Shown here piece after piece: positions 34,592 to 42,128 of a stretch of 43,995 nt of DNA. Every line of letters starts with the position of its first letter. The first letter of the stretch is position 1. The DNA is taken from NCBI GenBank assembly GCA_964625905.1, contig CAZVBS010000002.1, positions 1 through 43,995 of the forward strand, given 5' to 3'. Under the pieces are notes generated by a model. It did no database searches, was not told the DNA's origin, and saw only the letters and a list, made by a program, of their open reading frames with translations. This DNA is from an uncultured Candidatus Saccharibacteria bacterium (GTDB taxonomy: Bacteria > Patescibacteriota > Minisyncoccia > Phycocordibacterales > JABMNX01). The position numbers and the translations under genes are program-made.

Positions 34592-35017
34592 ATGGATACA
34601 AAATTTGAATGGACACAAAAAATGTCCGTGACTGATAACACAATAGATGAGCAGCATAAACAATTATTAAATCAGCTTAATGTACTACTCGAAGCAACTA
34701 TTGAAAGAAAAAATAAGGAAACCATAGATGAGACCGTTGTTTTTTTGAGTAAATATATAGAAGATCATTTAAAGTATGAAGAAGAATATCTAGCTAAACA
34801 CAAATACCCTAATTTAGAGGAGCATAAAGAAGCCCACCATTATTTCGAAAAAAAATATGAGGAATTTAAAAAGAAAATAAAAGAAACTGGACCTAGTGAT
34901 AGTATGCTACTAGAAGTTGAATCATTTCTAGGTAAATGGTGGATTGAACACATTGAACATGAAGATAAAAAATACGCAGATTTCATCGAAAACAATGAAT
35001 TTCCTAATAGTATGTAG
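34592..35017 (+). CDS. hemerythrin-like (bacteriohemerythrin) protein
   Basis: FEWT..MSV....IDEQHKQL, HLKYEE, HKEAHHYF and WWIEHIEHEDKKY give the His/Glu diiron ligand spacing. Confidence 0.8.
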   Translation: MDTKFEWTQKMSVTDNTIDEQHKQLLNQLNVLLEATIERKNKETIDETVVFLSKYIEDHLKYEEEYLAKHKYPNLEEHKEAHHYFEKKYEEFKKKIKETGPSDSMLLEVESFLGKWWIEHIEHEDKKYADFIENNEFPNSM

Positions 35018-35046
35018 TTCTACATACTACAATCATCCTTTTAAAT

Positions 35047-35072
35047 AAACAGCCAGAGTACTCTGGCTGTTT
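35047..35072 (+). terminator. terminator hairpin (GTAC family copy 3)
   Basis: aaacagccagagtactctggctgttt followed by atttgtgtattt. Confidence 0.6.
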
Positions 35073-35232
35073 ATTTGTGTATTTGATTCCCGCTTATAAC
35101 TGACCGGCACGAGCTAAGACCGTAGTCCACCAAGCCCAGTAGAACTATTTTCAATGATTTTATTCTAGCATTTCGACACTTTTCGTGCGAAAAAGCCAAT
35201 CTATATTTAAATCATTGAAAATATACCCAAAA

Positions 35233-35330
35233 TTAAACAGCTGGAGTACCCCAGCTGTTTAATTTATTACCTCAACCTCCCATCCATCTTCTTGGTTGCC
35301 CCAGGGAAAAAGACAATCCGTGAAGTGAAT
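35233..35330. repeat. copy B of the direct repeat, abutting the 3' end of tRNA-Gln
   Basis: ttaaacagctggagtaccccagctgtttaa ... cttggtt ... tccgtgaagtgaat. It ends 6 nt from the tRNA 3' end. Confidence 0.6.
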
Positions 35331-35335
35331 TTCAG

Positions 35336-35406
35336 CTGCCGGACTAGGACTCGAACCTAGATATCCACGACCAAAACGTGACGTCCTACCATTAGACGAT
35401 CCGGCA
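35336..35406 (-). tRNA. tRNA-Gln (anticodon UUG)
   Basis: The reverse complement TGCCGGATCGTCTAATGGTAGGACGTCACGTTTTGGTCGTGGATATCTAGGTTCGAGTCCTAGTCCGGCAG has U1:A72 and G73 as in bacterial tRNA-Gln. The anticodon loop is TT-TTG-GT and the T-loop is GGTTCGAGTCC. No CCA is encoded. Confidence 0.85.
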
Positions 35407-35434
35407 ATTATTCTATTGTTCTTCGCTTCGTTAA

Positions 35435-35502
35435 CGTATTACTATTAGACCTGCCCGCCATCGGTTGCGACCTCAGTCGCTGGCTGGCAGGCGATCCGAT
35501 AA
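35435..35502 (-). other. decayed duplicate of the tRNA-Gln 5' part, split by a 41-nt GC-rich hairpin
   Basis: cgtattactattagac (35435-35450) matches cgtcctaccattagac in the tRNA. cgatccgataa (35492-35502) matches gatccggcaa. Between them lies ctgcccgccatcggttgcgacctcagtcgctggctggcagg (cctgcc/ggcagg, gcgac/gtcgc). Confidence 0.55.
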
Positions 35503-35604
35503 TGTATTATATTATAACAAAAAATACCTCACTATATTGCATTAATTAATTCTTAATATCAAGCAAGAAGGCATTCGAAGTAAATTCTTCGAATGCCTAC
35601 GCAT

Positions 35605-36063
35605 TTAATGCACAGCTTGGGACCTATGAAAATGTAATGGTTTGTCCCTAGCGTAGTCAATCACCTTTAGTAATTTACCACAAACAAAGTAGAGATCTTT
35701 TATAATTTGTTGGATTTTTACAAGATTCACTTCTTTCTCTGACGATATTTTTATAAACCCTACCAAATGACTCCTTACTTGTTTATATATCAAAACCTTA
35801 TATTTATCAAATCTTTCGTCTGCTCCAGAGTTGCCCTCAAGAAACATAACGATTTGATCTGTAAAGATTGCATATCCTCTTATTTTCAGTAAAAAGGAAT
35901 CTTTACTAGCTTCTATAGCAGTAAGATAATACTTATGTTGTCTTTCTTTTATAGTATTAATAAGAGAATTATCAAGCGCTCTATCACCACGTTTTACAGA
36001 CCTGATTGATTCTATTATCTCCATGTCAGTAGGATTAATATTTGTCATCTCTACCTCCATCAC
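35605..36063 (-). CDS. hypothetical protein (152 aa)
   Basis: Intact ORF downstream of dnaX. A hairpin follows at 35561..35590 (aggcattcgaag..cttcgaatgcct). No motif recognised. Confidence 0.45.
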   Translation of the reverse strand: MMEVEMTNINPTDMEIIESIRSVKRGDRALDNSLINTIKERQHKYYLTAIEASKDSFLLKIRGYAIFTDQIVMFLEGNSGADERFDKYKVLIYKQVRSHLVGFIKISSEKEVNLVKIQQIIKDLYFVCGKLLKVIDYARDKPLHFHRSQAVH

Positions 36064-36124
36064 TTAAAATAAATATCTAAAAACATCATATCTGATTATC
36101 TATCAGCGCGCAAGAAAATCATTT

Positions 36125-37183
36125 TTATTCCTTAGAAAGTTTTACCAGAGCAAGTTCAATTGGAAGCTGTGGAATATATGAGCGTGCAATTCCATCATAC
36201 GCTCCTAGAAGTTCATATAACACGTTTGAATTAATATTAGAATCTTTGTTCTCACTTAATTCTTTAAGGAAATCAAAATCTTCTTTTGCAAACTGCTCTT
36301 TAAAACCTCCTTCCATTTCTTTTGCGTATTTAAGGAGCAAGACCACACGTATTTTATGAAGCACTAACTTCATAAACGTCTTCATATCAAGATTCTGTGC
36401 CACAACGTCTCCAACTATTTCAAGGGATGTTTCAAGCTTCTTCTCTGCAATAGCTTTAATAAAGTTATTTACAAGCTGGCCTTTTGGCGCTCCTGTAACC
36501 AGTTCAACTTCTTCAATACTTACCTTCTTGTCTTTTGAAGAAGAGAGTATCTTTTGTAAAACTCCAAGCGCATCACGAAATGAACCTTCTGCAAGCATTG
36601 CTATCAAATCTGCTGAAGCTGTCTCTAGAGAGAATTTTTCTTTCTTTGCAATATCCGTTATCATATCCCCCAAAATCTGTCTGCTTGGTTTTTTAAATGT
36701 AAAACTCTGACACCTAGATACTATGGTGTCTGGCAACTTCTCTTGTTCGGTAGTAGCGAGCATAAACACTACATGTTTTGGTGGCTCTTCAAGTGTCTTT
36801 AGAAGTGCATTAAATGCTTCTTTAGTAAGCATGTGAACTTCATCGATTATGTAAACTTTATATGGAGACTCAAACGGAAGCGTGTGTACTGATTCACGAA
36901 GTGCTCGTATGTCATCTATACCACGGTTAGAAGCTGCGTCTATTTCATACATATCATTCTGTGATGCGCCAATCGCTCGCGCTAAGATGCGCGCAATACT
37001 TGTCTTTCCTGTACCACGAGAACCAGAGAAAAGATATGCATGAGATATATTTCCTTGCTCTATCGCACCCTCAAGAACAGAGACGATATGTTCTTGACCG
37101 AGCACATCCTTAAATCCTTCTGGGCGATATTTCCTATAGAGTGCCGTGTGTCTATTAGGATTAGTGTTAGAATCTGCTGACAT
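36125..37183 (-). CDS. dnaX: DNA polymerase III gamma/tau subunit, short form (clamp-loader AAA+ core only)
   Basis: YRKYRPEGFKDVLGQEH, Walker A GSRGTGKTS, IIDEVHML and the SRC motif (VSRCQSF). 352 aa, with no tau-specific C-terminal extension. Confidence 0.9.
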   Translation of the reverse strand: MSADSNTNPNRHTALYRKYRPEGFKDVLGQEHIVSVLEGAIEQGNISHAYLFSGSRGTGKTSIARILARAIGASQNDMYEIDAASNRGIDDIRALRESVHTLPFESPYKVYIIDEVHMLTKEAFNALLKTLEEPPKHVVFMLATTEQEKLPDTIVSRCQSFTFKKPSRQILGDMITDIAKKEKFSLETASADLIAMLAEGSFRDALGVLQKILSSSKDKKVSIEEVELVTGAPKGQLVNNFIKAIAEKKLETSLEIVGDVVAQNLDMKTFMKLVLHKIRVVLLLKYAKEMEGGFKEQFAKEDFDFLKELSENKDSNINSNVLYELLGAYDGIARSYIPQLPIELALVKLSKE

Positions 37184-37265
37184 AAAAAGATTATACCACC
37201 CTAAGCTAATAATTTGAAAACAAAAAAGCCGCCGAGCGTATCACGCACAACGACTTCTGTTGAGG

Positions 37266-37550
37266 TTATGCTGTTACAGCGAGACCTCCTTTAAACTCTA
37301 ATGAAACAGACGAAGTCTTTTTCATCCATTCCTTCCAATAGCTTGAGATGTTTATAGAATCTATAAACAAAAAAGCGTCCAAAAACAACTCAAGTAATTG
37401 ACCAGATACTGTTCTGATCTTGATTAATGGTAATATTCCATCCCTTTCAGTTACTCCAATTACCTCAACTGGCATCCCAACGTCTTGCTTGTTTGTAAAC
37501 GTTAGGTCTGCAAAAAAATTTTTAACTAATACATCACTTCCCTCAGTCAT
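37266..37550 (-). CDS. hypothetical protein (94 aa)
   Basis: ORF followed on the minus strand by a G:U-containing hairpin plus T6 (about 37225..37260) that only works on this strand. Confidence 0.4.
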   Translation of the reverse strand: MTEGSDVLVKNFFADLTFTNKQDVGMPVEVIGVTERDGILPLIKIRTVSGQLLELFLDAFLFIDSINISSYWKEWMKKTSSVSLEFKGGLAVTA

Positions 37551-37620
37551 TCTTTGCTTCTTCCTTTAGTTTTTTTAGTGGACAATTCCAAAAATATTTT
37601 AACAGGTAGACTGACATAAG

Positions 37621-38649
37621 TCAAACTTTTAGATATTTAGAAACTGCACTCTCAACCTCTAATCCGTCTTTTGAATCCATAAGTTTTATACGAAGTTCCT
37701 TTGCTCCATCCCACCCGTTTACATACGCTTTATAATGCTTCTTCATTACATTAAAACTTTTAACATTTCCTAAGAGTTCTTCATATAATTTTGTGTGTTC
37801 AACCATAACCAGTAGACGCTCTTCTATAGAAACTTCTTTCTTATTTTTATCAAAAAGCCACGGATTACCAAAAATCGCTCTCCCGAGCATCACGCCTTCA
37901 CACCCTGTTTCGTCTACTTTCTTCTGAGCATCCTCTAAATCAGTAACATCTCCGTTGCCTAATATAAATGTATTGCTCTTTAGCTCATCACGCAACTCAA
38001 CTGCTCTCTTTATCTGACTCCAGTCGGCAGGAGTCTTAGACATCTCTTTTCGTGTTCGTGCGTGTACTGTTACCGCGACAGGTTTTGCTTCAAGAAGTAT
38101 AGGAAGCCATTCTTCTAGAATATTTGTATTGTAACCAATACGTGTTTTTACGGAGACAGGTATGTACATGCCTCCATCTTTCACACCATCACTCACACCA
38201 TCTTTTGCAGACTGTATTAATTCTTGCGCTAATTCTGGAGATTTTATAAGTGACGCTCCTGCTCCTTGTTTTTCAATACTTCTATCTGGACATCCCATGT
38301 TTATATCAAATCCATCAAATCCACACTCTACTGCGTACTTTGCGGCTTTTCTCATCATGTCTGGTTTTGAAGAAAAGAACTGTACAACTATCGGACGCTC
38401 TTCCTCGGAATACTCCATATCTCTTTTTATCTTTTTTTGTCCTTTTTCATCTGCTAGGAACAATCCATCAGCTGAAATAAATTCAGTCCACATAACGTCT
38501 GGCTTACCGTACTTTGCTATAACACGCCTAAAAGCTACATCAGTGACATCCGCCATTGGTGCTAATACAAAGAAAGGTTTATTTAATTTTCCCCAAAATC
38601 CTAATTCGTCCTCTTTCAGCATGTTGACAAATATACCACACCATGACAT
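37621..38649 (-). CDS. dus: tRNA-dihydrouridine synthase
   Basis: VLAPMADVTDVAFRRV, the catalytic-Cys region DINMGCP, and VHARTR. Met10 at 38622 is a likely alternative start. Confidence 0.85.
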   Translation of the reverse strand: MSWCGIFVNMLKEDELGFWGKLNKPFFVLAPMADVTDVAFRRVIAKYGKPDVMWTEFISADGLFLADEKGQKKIKRDMEYSEEERPIVVQFFSSKPDMMRKAAKYAVECGFDGFDINMGCPDRSIEKQGAGASLIKSPELAQELIQSAKDGVSDGVKDGGMYIPVSVKTRIGYNTNILEEWLPILLEAKPVAVTVHARTRKEMSKTPADWSQIKRAVELRDELKSNTFILGNGDVTDLEDAQKKVDETGCEGVMLGRAIFGNPWLFDKNKKEVSIEERLLVMVEHTKLYEELLGNVKSFNVMKKHYKAYVNGWDGAKELRIKLMDSKDGLEVESAVSKYLKV

Positions 38650-38694
38650 ATATACTACTAGATTGAAATAGTTTGTATGAAATAGAGGCTTAGT

Positions 38695-38952
38695 ATGTCC
38701 ACTTTTAAGAATCTTGTTAAAGAAGTAGAAAGTCGAGGAAATGAGATAGACAGACTTATTGGTGTACTTTCAAAAAATGACCTAAACACATCATCAATAG
38801 AGTACACGAAACTCGTTATTTTACTTCTACTCAACGATGCACACAGATACCATGGTCAAATTTATGCTTTGGTAAAAAAATTGCCCAAAAAAGACGTTAA
38901 TGAATGGGTTGAAGAATTTATTCCTTCTATGTTTTATAAAGTAAAACAATAA
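38695..38952 (+). CDS. hypothetical protein (85 aa)
   Basis: A plus-strand ORF ending before a bidirectional terminator. No motif. Confidence 0.4.
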   Translation: MSTFKNLVKEVESRGNEIDRLIGVLSKNDLNTSSIEYTKLVILLLLNDAHRYHGQIYALVKKLPKKDVNEWVEEFIPSMFYKVKQ

Positions 38953-38978
38953 CCAACCGTCAAAAGAATTATAAAAAA

Positions 38979-39002
38979 ACGACCGCACTTCTAGCGGTCG
39001 TT
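38979..39002. terminator. bidirectional terminator between convergent genes
   Basis: aaaaaaacGACCGCacttctaGCGGTCgttatttttt has A-run and T-run flanks. Confidence 0.7.
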
Positions 39003-39014
39003 ATTTTTTATACT

Positions 39015-39851
39015 TTACTTCAACTTAAAATATACCTTATTTCCAAAACGTAAATCTATATATTCTATATCTTCCATATTCTTTTCTTTAAATGTCTCCG
39101 ACTCAAGAATAACAGTAAGGTTGTCGAGTACTTCTGACGAACTTTGTTCTCTTGTGAAAAGGATTTTACTTTCACCTTCTAAGTAAAGCTCCATGTCTGA
39201 AATACCGACTGTATGTAGTTCAATAGGCTCAATCTTTAATTTTTTAACAGAATTAATAAGTGTGTTTATCTTATTGAACTCGTTATCCACTTTTAGATAA
39301 TATTTTCCTATATAATCTGGACCTATTAAATCTCCATAAAAACGCATAAATACATTACCTGTAAAATTTGGAGCTTTTGAAAAAACAAATCCTTCTTTAT
39401 TAATAAAATAACAATTATCTATCGCCCCACTGTTCTCACTAGTACACCACGTAGCATATGGCTTATGTTCTTCTATCTCCATAGATATTGTATGGAAATT
39501 AGTACGAACAATATCAACTGATTTAATTTGCTTAAATGTTATTAATATTAAATCTTTTATTTCTTCTTCAGGGAAAATGATGCTATTTGTACGTGAAAAT
39601 AAAAAGAAATATCTTTCATCTATAAATACAGTTTCTGTAATTTTTTTAATTTTTGAATCAGAGATAACATTATTTCCATTTACAATAATGTTAGTTATTT
39701 GTAGATATGGTCTATGTGACAACCAAGATCCTAAACCTACAAGTAGTATAATCAAAGCAACACCTATACTAAGCTTAAAGAAAAATATCTTACGCTTACG
39801 TTTAGCAAGCCTTTCTGGTCGTGCTACTTTACGTCGCCTAAACAATCTCAT
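39015..39851 (-). CDS. ftsQ: FtsQ/DivIB-like cell-division protein (TM + POTRA)
   Basis: A basic N-terminus and a single TM helix, then LQITNIIVNGNNVISDSKIKKI .. VDIVRTNFHTISMEIEEHKPYATW (POTRA pattern). Confidence 0.6.
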   Translation of the reverse strand: MRLFRRRKVARPERLAKRKRKIFFFKLSIGVALIILLVGLGSWLSHRPYLQITNIIVNGNNVISDSKIKKITETVFIDERYFFLFSRTNSIIFPEEEIKDLILITFKQIKSVDIVRTNFHTISMEIEEHKPYATWCTSENSGAIDNCYFINKEGFVFSKAPNFTGNVFMRFYGDLIGPDYIGKYYLKVDNEFNKINTLINSVKKLKIEPIELHTVGISDMELYLEGESKILFTREQSSSEVLDNLTVILESETFKEKNMEDIEYIDLRFGNKVYFKLK

Positions 39852-39854
39852 ATA

Positions 39855-41120
39855 TTATTTTGATATTACATCTTTTCCTATATATTTTTGTAACACTTCA
39901 GGTATTTTAATAGAGCCATCTTCTTGTTGAAAATTCTCAACCAGTGATACTAATATCCTAGGTGTTGGTATAGCTGTGCAGTTAAGTGAGTGTGCATACT
40001 TCGCTTTTCCGTCTTTGTCTCTATATTTAATATTAAACCTACGTGTTTGAAAATCATGAAAATACGAAGCAGAACTTATCTCGCGATATTTTTCTTCAAG
40101 TGGTACCCACAGCTCAATATCATACTTCTTAACCTGACCTTGCCCTAAATCACCTCCACAATTTAAGACTGTGTGATATGGGATACCAAGAGACTCAATA
40201 AACTCTTCTGTATTCCTATTTATCCATTCATGTAATCGTACTGACTCCTCATGATTAGCTTCGCACAAAACAACTTGTTCAAGTTTAAAAAATTCATGAA
40301 CACGAATAAGCCCTTTAGTATCCTTTCCGTGACTTCCAACCTCTCTTCTATAACACGGAGAAAATGACAAAAATTTTACAGGAAATATCTTTTCATCTAG
40401 AATTTCATCTGAATAATATCCCATAGTTGATATTTCTGATGTACCAGCAAGATAATCATCGTCCTGTGTTCTATATATATCATCAACTTCATTTGGCAAA
40501 TGTCCAGTACCATATAAATTACTCTTACGAACTATTGAAGGAACTATCATTGGTGTAAACTCTTTTTTAAGAAAAAAGTCCATTGCGTAATTCCAAATAG
40601 CCCAAGATAATAATGCTCCATCATTTTTCAGAAAGTACCCACGAAACCCATGCACCTTTGTACCTCGCTCAAAATCAACCATATCGAGTTCTGTCATTAT
40701 TTCTGTATGACTTTTTGGCTCAAATGAAAACTGGGTTTTTTCTCCCCATACTTTTATCTCTTTATTATCTTCATCACTTTCCCCTTCTGGAACAGATATA
40801 TCTGGAACGTTTGGAACTTGAAGCATAAGATCATGCCACTGTACCATTACAGTTTTTAATTCTTCCTCTTCTTTTTGCAACTCTGTTTTAAGCTCCTTCA
40901 TTTCTGATATAGCTTGTGTACGAGCTTCAGGATTATCTGACTTTGCTATTTCTTCATTTGCTTTATTTTGCTTCGCTCGTTTTTCTTCTACTGATTTAAG
41001 TATCTTTCGCCTCTTTTCATCCACCGATATTAGGAGATCTATATCAAAATCCATATGCTTTTTCCGAGCACCATCTTTAACAAGGTCTTTGTTTTCTCTA
41101 ATAAAGTTAATATCTAACAT
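39855..41120 (-). CDS. serS: serine--tRNA ligase
   Basis: An N-terminal coiled-coil arm, then class II motifs (SPCYRREVGSHGKDTKGLIRVHEFFKLE; NCTAIPTPRILVSLVENFQ). Confidence 0.9.
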   Translation of the reverse strand: MLDINFIRENKDLVKDGARKKHMDFDIDLLISVDEKRRKILKSVEEKRAKQNKANEEIAKSDNPEARTQAISEMKELKTELQKEEEELKTVMVQWHDLMLQVPNVPDISVPEGESDEDNKEIKVWGEKTQFSFEPKSHTEIMTELDMVDFERGTKVHGFRGYFLKNDGALLSWAIWNYAMDFFLKKEFTPMIVPSIVRKSNLYGTGHLPNEVDDIYRTQDDDYLAGTSEISTMGYYSDEILDEKIFPVKFLSFSPCYRREVGSHGKDTKGLIRVHEFFKLEQVVLCEANHEESVRLHEWINRNTEEFIESLGIPYHTVLNCGGDLGQGQVKKYDIELWVPLEEKYREISSASYFHDFQTRRFNIKYRDKDGKAKYAHSLNCTAIPTPRILVSLVENFQQEDGSIKIPEVLQKYIGKDVISK

Positions 41121-41157
41121 AGTGACTATTTATATACATGATACGATACATATTACT

Positions 41158-42024
41158 ATGGAGACACCTACGAAACAACTCAAACCATCAGAATTCCCAT
41201 CTCTATTAAAAGAGATACCTGACTCACCAACAGATCTTTATATAAGAGGAGCGCTCCCACAACACGACACAAAATTGCTATGTGTTGTTGGTTCACGTAG
41301 ACACTCTCCATATGGTAAAGATGTATGTGAGACTCTTATTAAAGGACTTAAGGGGTTTAATATTACGATTGTTTCTGGACTTGCTCTAGGTATGGACTCA
41401 ATCGCGCACAGAACTGCTCTTGAGGTCGGACTAACCACAATAGCTGTCCCTGGTTCTGGATTAGATGACTCTGTCCTATATCCACGAACTAATAGGATTC
41501 TTGCTAAAGATATCTTGGATTCTGGTAGCGCTCTACTCTCAGAGTTTGAGCCTACCTTCCGTGCTACTCAATACAGCTTCCCTCAAAGAAACAGAATCAT
41601 GGCTGGTATGTCTCATGCTACTCTTGTTATAGAAGCGGGAGAAAAATCAGGTACACTTATAACCGCACGTCTCGCTATGGAGTATAATCGTGACGTGCTT
41701 ACGATACCGAGTTCTATATTTTCACGTCTGTCATATGGTCCACATATGCTTATTAAAAATGGAGCGACTCCAGTCACAGAAAGTAAAGATATTTTAGAGG
41801 TGTTTAATATGGAAGAAAAAGAGCCAGAAAACCTTCAGCTTAATATAATAGAAGACCTTGGAGATGATGAGAAAAAAGTGATACAACTGCTTCAACATCC
41901 AATGAAGAGAGATATTTTACTAGATGCTCTTGATTTACCTATTAAAGATATAAATATTCTGCTTTCTAGTATGGAATTAAAAGGTTTAATTATTGAAAAA
42001 CTTGGAGAATTACGTATCGCTTAA
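41158..42024 (+). CDS. dprA: DNA-processing protein DprA/Smf
   Basis: VVGSRRHSPYG, VSGLALGMDSIAHRTAL and FPQRNRIMAG. Met24 is chosen because the longer ORF overlaps the divergent serS start. Confidence 0.85.
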   Translation: METPTKQLKPSEFPSLLKEIPDSPTDLYIRGALPQHDTKLLCVVGSRRHSPYGKDVCETLIKGLKGFNITIVSGLALGMDSIAHRTALEVGLTTIAVPGSGLDDSVLYPRTNRILAKDILDSGSALLSEFEPTFRATQYSFPQRNRIMAGMSHATLVIEAGEKSGTLITARLAMEYNRDVLTIPSSIFSRLSYGPHMLIKNGATPVTESKDILEVFNMEEKEPENLQLNIIEDLGDDEKKVIQLLQHPMKRDILLDALDLPIKDINILLSSMELKGLIIEKLGELRIA

Positions 42025-42027
42025 AAT

Positions 42028-42062
42028 ATCTCCATTTGGAGACCGGGTCTCCAAATGGAGAT
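42028..42062. repeat. perfect 16-bp-arm palindrome between dprA and topA
   Basis: atctccatttggagac-cgg-gtctccaaatggagat. No T-run follows. Confidence 0.6.
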
Positions 42063-42128
42063 CGTAAAATGGAAATAATGGAAAAAAAATTTGACATATA
42101 ACACTACTTACTGTAAATATATAATCTT

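Noticed and set aside
35077-35232. ORF-free stretch with a 14-bp inverted repeat (attttcaatgattt / aaatcattgaaaat) and a GC-richer segment. Considered as an integrase remnant or an sRNA.
   Set aside because: Six-frame reading gave no recognisable protein remnant and the structure is modest. It is covered in general terms by the tRNA-Gln locus finding.
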